From an uncultured Armatimonadetes bacterium (GTDB taxonomy: Bacteria; Armatimonadota; UBA5829): a stretch of 64,000 bases of DNA. Where the stretch lies: contig CAVQDB010000005.1 of the NCBI GenBank assembly GCA_963711155.1, positions 2,346,382 to 2,410,381 of the forward strand. Direction: 5' to 3'. Shown here piece by piece: positions 42,214 through 51,962 of this stretch; position 1 is the first letter of the stretch; each line of letters begins with the position of its first letter. The notes under the pieces were generated by a model. It saw only the letters and a program-made list of their open reading frames with translations. It made no database searches and was not told the origin of the DNA. The position numbers and the translations under genes were made by a program.

Positions 42214-43561
42214 ATGAGACACGACGAACTCAGAGCCAAAGTATACGAACGCCTATCTGAACTGCCGATCCTGGATGCCCACACGCATCTGGTCGATGGT
42301 AAACTCGCCGCGCGCGGTCTTCACGATGTCCTGCTGTATCACATGGCGGTCAGCGACCTCTACGCGGCGGGCTGCCCGAGCGGAGCAAGGCTGACTTGCT
42401 ATCCCGGTTGGCCGAGCGAACAGGAAGCGCACTTCCGCATCAAAGAGGCGCTGCCCTACCTGAAATACGTTCGGGGCACGGCGATCAGTTACGGCATACG
42501 GGTGATCCTGCGCGATCTCTACGGCATCGCTACGCCGGTTGACGAGAGCAACTGGGAAGGCATCGATGCGATGATCCGCGAGCGGGCCGACGATCGGTCC
42601 TGGCAGCGACAGGTGATCGACAAGGCTCACGTGAAGCGCATCTGCACCGAGATCGCGCGCCGCGAAGGCGGCTCGAGACGACGATATCCTGCAGTACTCC
42701 CTGGAATGGGCTTTCTTCACGCGCTGCCAGTGGGGTGAGTTCGACACCGCGCTGTATGAGCTCGAAAGATGTTGGGGAAAGACGCCCGACAGCCCCATGC
42801 CGATCGGCTCGGGTTCCAGGCCGCCGACCGAGCGGGTAATCAAGTCGGTTGACGACGTGAAGCAGGCGGTCGAGCTGGTACGTGAGTCAGATCCCGATAG
42901 ACCGGGTCATCTCGACGGCGACGCACATCTCCACCGACATCGACTTCAAGTCGGTGACCGACAGCGAGATGCAGGCGGCGATTGCGGCAACGGGCCAGCG
43001 CCGGGCCTGACGAGCGAGACATCTACGCCTCTTACGTCAACGAGGTGTTCCTGACCGAACTGGAGGCCAAGCTCGGGGACCGCCTGGTCTTTCAGTTCAG
43101 CTTCGGCGCGGAGCCCCTGCCCTATGAGACCGCCAGCCGGCTTTCGCAGAAGACAATCGCGCAGGTCGCCGAGATGATAGCGCGGCATCCGAAACTGCAT
43201 TTCCAGTGCTTCGCTTTCGAGCCGGCACGCCAACCAGTCCATGTGCACCCTGGCGCGCGAGCTGCCGAACTTCTCTCTGGCGGGCTACTGGTGGCACAAC
43301 TTCTTCCCGGGCGCCATCCGGCAGGTCATGCAGGAAAGGCTGGATATGCTGCCCACCAACAAGCAGATAGGGTTCTTCTCGGACGCCTACTGCGTCGAAT
43401 GGACCTACGCAAAGACGGTGATAGTGAAGCAGGCGATGGCGGAGGTGTTGACCGACAAGGTCGCCCAGGGCCAGTACGATGTTGACCTGGCGATCGACAT
43501 CGCCGCAGAGATTCTCTACCAGACTCCTCAATCACTGCTGGGTATGGTCCCGGCGAACTAA
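42214..43561 (+). CDS. Uronate-isomerase-like amidohydrolase-fold protein; apparent frameshifts near 42677, 42875, 42987 and 43213
   Basis: LPILDAHTH (HxH metal motif), FQFSFGAE, LARELPNFSLAGYWWHNFF, FFSDAYCVEW; cytoplasmic (no signal peptide). Confidence 0.7.
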
Positions 43562-43628
43562 CCGACCGGCGCATGAAGTATGCTTCAGGCGGCTCTTCGC
43601 CCGAGGCGTTCGTCTCGCGCAAGCAGGT

Positions 43629-43656
43629 GCTTCGGCTGCAGAAAGCCTGCCGAAGC
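43629..43656 (+). terminator. Hairpin downstream of the isomerase-like gene
   Basis: GCTTCGGC / GCCGAAGC 8-bp stem; no clear U-tract. Confidence 0.3.
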
Positions 43657-43680
43657 GTCATCGGACGTGTACGCGTTCTA

Positions 43681-43708
43681 TTGACAGCCCGACGGCTCCT
43701 CATAGAAT
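43681..43708 (+). promoter_or_regulatory. sigma70-type promoter for the DeoR gene
   Basis: TTGACA-N16-TAGAAT. Confidence 0.65.
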
Positions 43709-43798
43709 GTTCATTGGCATCGGCGCGGCTATGCGTAGACGCACGAGTTCCTGCGCTCCAGCGGCACACGCGGCAAGAACAGATATGGAGATCAGCCA

Positions 43799-44576
43799 AT
43801 GAACAATTCAGAGCTATTCGTCCCGGAACGATGGGACAAGATAGTGGCCATGCTGGACCAGAAGGGCAGGGCAACCGTCGAGGAACTGGCGGAGTTTTTC
43901 GGCGTCTCCAGAAGCACCATACGCCGGGATCTTCTGGAGATGCATCAACAGAACCTGCTCAGGCGCACTCGAGGCGGAGCCGTCAGGGCGCAGATGGTGC
44001 GCGTTCGATCGACCGGTGGCCGAAAGTGGAACGATCAACGTCGATGTCAAGGAGAAGATAGGCAAGGCGGCAGCGGCTTTCATATCGCCCGGCGAGACCG
44101 TCATGCTGGACGCCGGCTCAACGACAGCCCAGGTCGTCAGGCATCTTCAGTCCTCGAACCTGACTCTGGTGACGAACTCGTTCGATGCGGTCATCTCAGC
44201 AATGTCGAAGCCTGAGATCGACCTGCTCATGGTCGGCGGCCTCGTGAGGGTCCACGGCGGAGCTACGGTCGGCCCCACGGCTGAGGACCAGATCCGCCTG
44301 TTCAAAGCGGACACCGCGGTGCTGGGGATGAACGGCGTTTCGCCGGATGATGGCTTGACGACGCCCAATCTGCTGGTGGCCCAGATCAAGCGGCAGATGA
44401 TCGCGCAGTCCAACAGGCTGATACTGGTCGCGGATCACACCAAGCTCGGGGTATCGGCGCTGTGCAGGGTCGCGCCGATGGAGACCGTGGAGGTGCTCGT
44501 CACTGACGAAGACGCCGACCCTGAGATACTCGATGCCATACGGGCGCTCGGCGTCGAGGTAGTGGTGGCCAAGTAG
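43799..44576 (+). CDS. DeoR/GlpR-family transcriptional regulator; apparent frameshift near 43998
   Basis: HTH VEELAEFFGVSRSTIRRDL..RTRGGA; sensor domain MLDAGSTT, VTNS, ADHTKLG. Confidence 0.92.
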
Positions 44577-44578
44577 TA

Positions 44579-45481
44579 TCAGACTGTGCCGACGCTGCCC
44601 AGCTCGTGCATCCAGCGGCTGACCACTTTCGCGACTGCCTCTTTTGCATCCACGAGCGTGTGAGCCCACCACGCTTTTCCATTGCCGCGCGCTACGGCAT
44701 CCTGGATCGCGTTCAGATAGGCCCGGCCGATCTCGCTGGCCACGTTGACCTTGCTTATACCGATCTCAATCGCGCGGCGAAGCTGGTCAGGATGGGTACC
44801 GGATCCTCCGTGGAGGACGAGCGGAACGCGCGTTGCCTTCTTGATAGCCTCCAGCAGCTCGAACTCAAGCACAGGACGCTGCGTGTAGATTCCGTGCGCG
44901 TTACCTATCGCGACGGCAAGTGCATCGACCCCGGTTCGCTCGACGAACTCAGCGGCCATGGCGGGATCCGTCAGGGAGTGGCCATTTCGTCCCTCTACGG
45001 CCGCGTCGTCAACCCTGCCTACCGCTCCCAGCTCACCCTCAACGGTGACGCCCTTGGGATGGGCCATATCGACTACCATCTTCGTGAGTGCTACGTTCTC
45101 CTCGAAGTCGAAGGAGGACGCGTCGATCATCACCGAGGGAAAACCTGCTTCGATGCACTCCTCGACCAGGTCGACGTCCTCCGCGTGGTCGAGATGCAGG
45201 CAGACGGGAACATCGGCTGACAGCGCAACAGACTGCACTATCTCCACCAGCATCTTGGCGCCGAGCAGCGGGATCTCCCACGGACCGGTGATGAACATCA
45301 CAGGCGAGCGGAGAGCCGAGCCGGTCTCCACTATTGCCTGCGCCGTTTCGGCATTGCAGAAATTGAACGCTCCCACGGCGTAGTGCCCGTCCTGGGCATC
45401 GTACAGCATCTGCTCCAGTCCTACAAGACAGTGCGAACCTGACGAGGACCGTTTAGGCTCCGCTCCGACTATGCTGCTCAT
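44579..45481 (-). CDS. Class II (metal-dependent) fructose/tagatose-bisphosphate-type aldolase
   Basis: CLHLDH, SVMIDAS, VEGELG, AVAIGNAHG, LVLHGGSG, KVNV; GGAG RBS. Confidence 0.93.
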   Translation of the reverse strand: MSSIVGAEPKRSSSGSHCLVGLEQMLYDAQDGHYAVGAFNFCNAETAQAIVETGSALRSPVMFITGPWEIPLLGAKMLVEIVQSVALSADVPVCLHLDHAEDVDLVEECIEAGFPSVMIDASSFDFEENVALTKMVVDMAHPKGVTVEGELGAVGRVDDAAVEGRNGHSLTDPAMAAEFVERTGVDALAVAIGNAHGIYTQRPVLEFELLEAIKKATRVPLVLHGGSGTHPDQLRRAIEIGISKVNVASEIGRAYLNAIQDAVARGNGKAWWAHTLVDAKEAVAKVVSRWMHELGSVGTV

Positions 45482-45677
45482 TGTTGCACTCCACTTCCGC
45501 CGACCCGCAGCGTTATTCTATGGGTCGCACAGCTAGTCTGACCCACCAGACAAGCCGCTGCTTCAAACTGCGATCCTTGTATATGGCTGTCTTGCTTGGA
45601 ACAGCCCCTCAATCGGCAAACCAGTGGGGTTTTGCTCGCGTACGCAGACATACACGCACGTCCCTCCACTAATAAGC

Positions 45678-45706
45678 ATTATACTCCATGCGCTCTATTC
45701 TGTAAA
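45678..45706 (-). promoter_or_regulatory. sigma70-type promoter for the aldolase (about 190-nt leader)
   Basis: TTTACA-N17-TATAAT. Confidence 0.7.
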
Positions 45707-45723
45707 GAGCGCGAAAGGTGACA

Positions 45724-45763
45724 ATGGGGCTGGGCGATACCGATCCGACCGACCCAGCCCCAT
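45724..45763 (-). terminator. Putative terminator hairpin after the triple-CBM gene
   Basis: Perfect 11-bp stem ATGGGGCTGGG / CCCAGCCCCAT about 10 nt past the inferred stop at 45773; weak U-tract. Confidence 0.5.
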
Positions 45764-45772
45764 CGATTCAGC

Positions 45773-47994
45773 TCAGGACAGTATCTGGATGTCCTCATAC
45801 GGGTTGACGTACATGTACCTTGGTATCGCCGTCCCGTACGATATGACCGTTGACCACGACGTTCTGGCCGTAGTAGGGGAATGGCCAGACATAGGAGGTC
45901 TTGACCAGTAGATCACCACCGGAACCGTCGTTTATGTTGAACCAACCGAATATTTCGTCCGAGGCGGTGACCATGCCTCCGCATCTTATGTAGAGGCCGT
46001 CAAGCGGCGCGCCTGTGCCGGTGAGTATCGGCCTCAGGATCGTTCCAACCGGCTTGAGCGGCGTGACGCTCTCGACCTTGGTCATTGGTGCGGTAACCGA
46101 CATGACCAGGGTATTGTTGAAGCGGCCGGAGTCTGCCGCCGGTAGGATCGTGGCCGTGATATGGACCTTGTCGCCCACCGGCGGAGCAGCGGCGCCCAGG
46201 AAATCGGAGTATGGAGTGTAGGCGTCGGGGCACTCCACCAGCATGCCGGCCGAGCGGTCGGCCGCTTCCGCAAAGAACTCGACCTCGCCGCCGATGGGAT
46301 CCTCGACCACCTTGGTGACCACGGCATCAGTCTCAACAAAGCTGTAGAGACCGGCCTTTCGTGCGTCGCCAATTGTGCTAGAGATGACAGGCACGCCGTG
46401 ATCGACAAGCTCGAAGTCATCCAGGAAGACCTTGTCGTTGTTGTAGATGTTCATGCCGACATCCCAGAATAGCTTCTCAGTATCGGGACCTGTGACAAAG
46501 TCAATCGTCATCCGGCCCCATTCAGTCTGGAGGTTGGCATACAGCGGAGTGTGGTGCGTGAAGCCGGCGTAGGTCCCATCCGCCTTGCGCTCCTCTATCC
46601 CGCCGTCTAGAGCGTTGCCAGACCACACTCCTTCGGTTCTATACCACAGAGTAGCGGTATATCGGTGATTGGGCAGGCACGATACGGTCTGGTTGATATG
46701 GCTCAGTATCGCGCCGTTCGAGCCGGTGCACACCGCGCAATAGTCGCCGGCATGCGGCGAATCAGTCGTTACGTCGAAGTCTACCCCTACCTCGCCCGGG
46801 TGTCCGGGATCGGTATTGGATGTGTTCCAGGCAATCAGGTTGCCCAGCTCAAAGCCAGGGTTGAACAGCGCTCCAGGAGGGCCAAGCTTCCACACGTGAA
46901 CGTCGTCAAGATAGAACTTCTCGCTGGAGCCACCCACCATGTTGGCGCCGAAGGTCCAGTTGCCCTTCCTCGTGTAGGGAGGGGTGGCGTCCGCGGTCTG
47001 GTAGGTATAGGATGTGTGAACCCAGCTCGGGTCACTGGTACATGTGACGACATCGGTGCGGAGTTCACTGAGCTGCGCATAGGTGGCGCCGTCGTAGTCG
47101 GTACTCGTGGAATCTGATGTCCACGATGGCAGGCTGGGCTCCAGTTGCCCAGGGGCCGACCGTCTTGTAGTAGTATTCGATCTGGTACACTGTGCCGGGA
47201 TCCAGATCGAAATAGGACGAAGTGAGGGTGCTGACACCGTTGGCTGAGCCGCCGATCCCCTCGGCGCCGAAGTCGCCCGCATGCGCCGCTTCGGCCGCGG
47301 CCTGCCACGTGACGTACGGCGGGTAGCCACCCACGTTCCACGCCGTCAACGTACCGGTCTCGAAATCGCAGTTCACCGGCGGACCGGGATTGGGGGGCGG
47401 AGGAGGAGTCACTTTTTCGAGATCGAAATCGTCGAAGTAGATCGAGTCGCCAGCGGCGCCGCCGCCCTGGTACGTGTTGAGATACAATCCGCCGGAAGTG
47501 TCGCTCTCGCCGGTGTTGAAGGTGAAGGACACCCGCATCCAGCTCGGGGACGCGCCGAGATTGGTCAGCACTTTGTTCCAGGCTCCGTTGATATACAACT
47601 GAACCTGGCAGATATTGCCCGCGCCCCAGCCGGAACCGCTGGTCTTGTACCAGAATGAGACAGTGTAGTCTGAGTTCGGATCCAGCGGCACATCAACCTG
47701 CTGAAGTCCGACGGGGGAAGCACCGCCGTAGTCGTAGCCCTGAATGCAATACGATCCGGTGTGACCGCCCGGCGCGACTGTAAAGACCGTATACTGGTAG
47801 CCGTCCCAGTTGCAGCTCCACGGGGTGTCCGCGCTGGTCATGTAACTCGTCGGTCCCGGACCCGGCGCGGTACCGGACAGGGTTTGTGTCCCACCCTCGA
47901 CGCCCGGTTCCAGAAACAGATTCGCGCAGGCGGCAGGAATCGCCAAGGCCAGACATAGGGCTATCGCTGCAGCCATAGGTGCAAATCTCTTCAT
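45773..47994 (-). CDS. Secreted non-catalytic protein with three CBM4/9-like (galactose-binding-fold) modules and a conserved C-terminal domain; apparent frameshifts at 47100 and 45819
   Basis: Signal peptide MKRFAPMAAAIALCLALA, then three repeats of N..FE.G....W ... H.G.Y/F ... Y......YKT/YRT ... W...S/T ... YFDD/YLDD/FLDD. Removing one base at 45819 gives the ending YVNPYEDIQILS*; uncorrected, the ORF ends at 45795. Confidence 0.75.
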
Positions 47995-48038
47995 TTGCTT
48001 TTCTCTCCTCTCCGATTACACTCTTGTTCTGCTGTAGT

Positions 48039-48307
48039 GCTCGCTTTGTTGCCTCGCTGGAGGCGAGCGAGCTTGTTTTGAAGGGTCTTATCGCTAATCC
48101 ACGATAGTGGATTCCACCGCATCACCAGGACTGAGCCTGGTGTGCATGGAGGCACACTGACTTTGCGTTCGTCAACGAACCCCCCTTTCGCCTCGTTCTC
48201 GACTAGTTGCTTCCGCCTCGTTGTCCAAGGCGGAAGCGGGCCCGTTCCGTCAGTCCGTTACCAGACAAACTCCGGCCACTAACCAGGAATGTATGGACGG
48301 ACGGAAC
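48039..48307. ncRNA. Candidate structured RNA / cis-regulatory leader (seven hairpins) between the pilin-like and CBM genes
   Basis: Stems at 48039-48072, 48096-48113, 48123-48142, 48140-48157, 48167-48180, 48209-48237 and 48244-48307; no known family recognised. Confidence 0.35.
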
Positions 48308-48343
48308 CTGCCCAAACGCAACGCCACCCGGACAGACCGGGCG

Positions 48344-49117
48344 CTACATCTTCGAGCCAAACGGCGGATAGGAACGCAGCCATTCCTTCCTGAACTTCTG
48401 CTGCCAGTAGGTGGGGTCACCGCGGTTGCCGCAGTCGGTATTCACGGCTGGGTCCCACCACATCCACTCCAGCGGCGTCGTGCCCAGCGTGTCGTACAGG
48501 TAGACGGACTTGACGTGTCCGTCCACGAACGCGACATTCATCCTGCCGAAATGATAGAACGGCGCGTAGAGCGGTATGTTCTGGCGCAGGGCCATCTTGA
48601 AATCGCATGTCCAGATTCCGCCCTTGACCTCGCCGAGGGCGATGATCTGCGTCGGCCGCGGATACTCGGATATACGGTGCAGATGACGAAGCTGAGGGTC
48701 CGAGTCGTTGGACGTCACTTCCTGATTCAGGCCGTAGCTGCTGGGAATATCGTGTGTTATGTCCGAATCGGTGTACCAGGTGGCTGCATCTCGTATCATA
48801 GCCGGACACATGTAGGCTTTTCTGCTTCTAATGTAGGGGTAGAGAAGCAGCCGGCCCGATTTCCTGTCGGGATAGTCCGGCGGGTCTGTGTCGTACTCGT
48901 GCTGAATGCACGGCACCATGTATCCGTGGTATTCATCAGCATAGAGCAGCATGGCGTTACCGAAGGTCTTGATGTTGCCGTAGCATGCCTTCGCCTGGCC
49001 GGCCCTCTTGGCATTGAGGAACACCGGAAACAGGATAGCTGCCAGTATCGCGATTATGGTAATCACCACCAGCAGCTCGATCAGAGTGAACCCGCTTCCA
49101 CTTTTCCTGCCGCACAT
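48344..49117 (-). CDS. Prepilin-type N-terminal cleavage/methylation protein with H-X9-DG motif (DUF1559-like pseudopilin)
   Basis: G|FTLIELLVVITIIAILAAILFPVF class III signal, SYGLN, and HFGRMNVAFVDGHVK (H-X9-DG); GGAGG RBS before the ATG at 49117. Confidence 0.93.
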   Translation of the reverse strand: MCGRKSGSGFTLIELLVVITIIAILAAILFPVFLNAKRAGQAKACYGNIKTFGNAMLLYADEYHGYMVPCIQHEYDTDPPDYPDRKSGRLLLYPYIRSRKAYMCPAMIRDAATWYTDSDITHDIPSSYGLNQEVTSNDSDPQLRHLHRISEYPRPTQIIALGEVKGGIWTCDFKMALRQNIPLYAPFYHFGRMNVAFVDGHVKSVYLYDTLGTTPLEWMWWDPAVNTDCGNRGDPTYWQQKFRKEWLRSYPPFGSKM

Positions 49118-49196
49118 TTTGACCTCCACCCGCATTGGCTCAGCCATTGTGATCCAGACCAGCTAGATCACACCCCCAGATCGTGGACTGCCCAGA

Positions 49197-49216
49197 AACA
49201 CGCATTCATGCGCGTT
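49197..49216. promoter_or_regulatory. Candidate operator, most symmetric copy
   Basis: AAC-A-CGCA-TTCA-TGCG-C-GTT, just downstream of the pilin-gene promoter. Confidence 0.55.
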
Positions 49217-49245
49217 CGTGCTCACATTGCATTCCAGTACCTTGT

Positions 49246-49274
49246 ATTATCGCCCACAAATGGCCAGTTGTCAA
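49246..49274 (-). promoter_or_regulatory. sigma70-type promoter for the pilin-like gene
   Basis: TTGACA-N17-GATAAT. Confidence 0.7.
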
Positions 49275-49453
49275 GGCCCCAGCGCGACAAAACAGCATTT
49301 ATTCGCTGCACGATCCGCTTCCTCATCTCGTCGTTTGCAGCGTTTTTCCACGGTTTGGGCACACTTCAAACACTGCAAGTCGCGTGCCATAACCCCCAGT
49401 CGTGCCAAGCATCGCGCATATTCGCGCATCGGCACGCGCAATACGTGGCGGAC

Positions 49454-51944
49454 CTATCGGAGCGCGTCGTTCAGTACTGTGACTATCTCCGTGGCATACA
49501 CTACGGGCGCGCCGTTATATGAGATCGCGCCGGTGACACTCACAAACCGACCGGCGGTTGCGGAACCTGACCAGGACAACGTGCTCACGGTCAGGCCCGC
49601 GGCATCAGAGCCGTCGGTCAGGACGAACGAGCTCGGCGTCACCGAACCGGCCTTCACCATCCCCCACACACGCACATACAGACCGTTGAGCATCAACTGC
49701 TTCGCCCAGGCGTTGCGCACGCCCATCGAACGAACGCTGCCGGGGCCGGTGCGAGTGATGTCCGTTACCAGAATCCGAGACTCATTGGCCGACATCACCT
49801 GCACCGAGCCTACAAGGTTCACCATCCCCGTCGCGGGATAGCTCGTGCACAGAAGCCGAATACCGCTGATCCCATCGGGTTCCTCGATATAGCCAAGGCT
49901 CCCCGATGTCCAGTAGAGCACCTTGTCCGCGAGCTTCACGATCGTGCCGCCGGGCAGGCCCTTCACCGACGCAATCGGCCGATTCGGCGAGACTATCCTA
50001 TAAACCTGAGTGTGCTCGACGGACTCGGCATTGCCGACCGTATCTACGGCGAAGTATCGGAGCATCGTGTCGGCAATAAGCTGTATCGGGCCGGAGTAGA
50101 CGGTCGAAGCAGTCGTCGGCTCGGAACCGTTCGTGGTGTAGTAGATGACGCCGGGCTCGCTCATCGTCAACTCGACCGTGAGGGGCTTGTAGACGCCACC
50201 GACCGGGGCCGCGCTCGATGTGGGAATGGTGGTATCGACCCTGAACGGCCCAAAGTCAAGCGTCGTCGGATAGTAGGCCCCGACCTGATTGACCGACCTC
50301 AAGTGCAGGTAGAAGTCCGCGCCCGACGAAGGCGATTGCACCAGAGTACCCGAGTTCCACGTCGCCTCGGACCCGCTCCATGTGTGCGTCGCGCTGGTGT
50401 CCCAGGCATACTGGAAGGCCGAGAGGCTGCCCGGGCCGAAGCCGAGGGGGTTGCTGAACGTGAATGGCGAGCCCATCGGGTAGTACTGGCCGGTGTTCCT
50501 GTCGCAGGCGACGGTTAGGCCCACGGCGGGCGCGGCGGGAAGGGTGCAGGCGGTGAACAGAGGAGTCCTCAGGCTCGGCGACGCGCCGTTGGTTGCGATC
50601 ACCTGGAAGCTGTACTGCGTGTTGGGGCTCAGACCGACCTGCGTCCAGGAGGTCGTGTTGGCGGAGACGGTTTCCCTCAGCGTGGCGGGCATGTCCGTTC
50701 CGGCATCGACGTAGACGGCGAAGCCGGTCTCGGTGGTCGAGTTGTCCTGCCAGGTCCAGGTGGCCCTGGCAGGGCCGATATCGGTGACGCCGGTGTTGGA
50801 AGGGTCCGCGGGCGGGATCGGCACGTCGGAGGTCTTGGAGCGGAGTATGTCCAGATAGGTCGTGCCGTAGCCGGTGTAGTAGAGGCCGTTGCACGTGGGC
50901 GAGCAGCCGGGGTTGAGCGGCAGGGCCGTGTCGATTGTGCGCGTCGAGCTTCCCGAGCCCGAAGGCTCGATCTGCGTGTCCTCGTGCCACTCGTTCCACG
51001 AAGTGACGATCATCGTGCCGCGCGAGTTGCTGAGCACGGCTTTGTCGAGCAGGGCGGAGAACATCGACCCCTCCGAGTAGCTGTCGCTGATCTTCTTTCT
51101 GGACATGGGGTTGCTGCCCGATGCTACTTCGGTGTTGTTGAAGCCCGGACCGACGCCGGGATAGTAGTCTATCCCCGAGTTCGCCGCCAGGGTCTTCCAC
51201 TGGTCGCTGTATGTCTTCCAGGTGTTGAGATTGCTCGTTGACACGTAGCTTCCGGCGCCGCAGTTTTTGAGGTTGCCGTAGACGTCGTAGTTGGTGACCG
51301 CATCCATCAGGCTGCAGCGCGTCGTATTGGAGTTCGATGACGATCCCCACACCTCATCGCCTATGATGTAGACCTGGTAGCCCTTGGCCGAGGCGGCACT
51401 GCGTATATTGCTGATGTACGTAGTGAGGTTCGCCGTGCTCATGGCGCGCGTCACGTAGATTCCTATAACCGGTTTGTTGTCTATCTTGTAGTAGCTGGAC
51501 CTGCTGAAGTAGTTGTCACAGACGTAGCTCGTCTGCTCGTATACGTTACTGAGCGTGATGGCGTCAACTTCGTAGAACAGAGCGAGCTTGAGGCCGCCGA
51601 TATCGGGGTTGGGGAACATGCAGTTCCGAATTGTCCAGTCCTCGTTGGTTCCCTGGCCCCAGTAGCTGCACATGAAGAAGTCGATTCCACAGCTTCTGGC
51701 CCACAGGAAGTGGCTGCTGACGGTGGAGCTGTCGTGGCAGTTGTCACCATCCAAGGTACGGGGCCTCTTGTGGAAGAAGGTACCACCTGATTGACGAGTA
51801 GAGATTGGGGGAGCTGTGGAAGTAGTTGTCGCCGTACCACGGGTAGTAGTAGGCGCCGACGTTGAACTCGGCACACCAACACGCCGAGCGGCAGGCGGCA
51901 AGCAGCGCGATGCTGACCGCGATGATCCAACTGCTCGTCCTCAT
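49454..51944 (-). CDS. Secreted GH99-like (endo-alpha-mannanase-like) enzyme + FN3 + chitobiase/HEX C-terminal-like domain + conserved C-terminal domain; apparent frameshift near 51745
   Basis: AYYYPWYG, GIDFF..SYWG, LFYE, KIDNKPV, PGVGPGFN and VTSWNEWHEDTQIEP (GH99 motif); YYTTNGSEPTTASTVYSGPI; signal peptide present. Confidence 0.8.
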
Positions 51945-51962
51945 CTGAGTCGTCCCCGTGCT

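Noticed and set aside
43562-43798. Small ORFs in intergenic gaps (e.g. the start of 43573..44061, 45624..45911, 49183..49392, 17626..17859)
   Set aside because: No recognisable motifs, and they overlap promoters or operators that explain the regions
41045-45481. Sulfoglycolysis (sulfo-EMP) cluster, suggested by the YihV-like kinase, DeoR and aldolase
   Set aside because: The kinase resembles YihV at GGG..ATA.VA.ARLG and KCTRPGGR, but by-eye alignment shows the sulfonate-binding Lys/Asn/Arg positions replaced. No GH31 sulfoquinovosidase or SLA reductase is in the window. Not fully excluded.
48155-48200. c-di-GMP-I (GEMM) riboswitch, suggested by ACGCAAAG on the minus strand
   Set aside because: The upstream GGCAAAC-stem-GNRA arm and the downstream conserved elements are not recognisable
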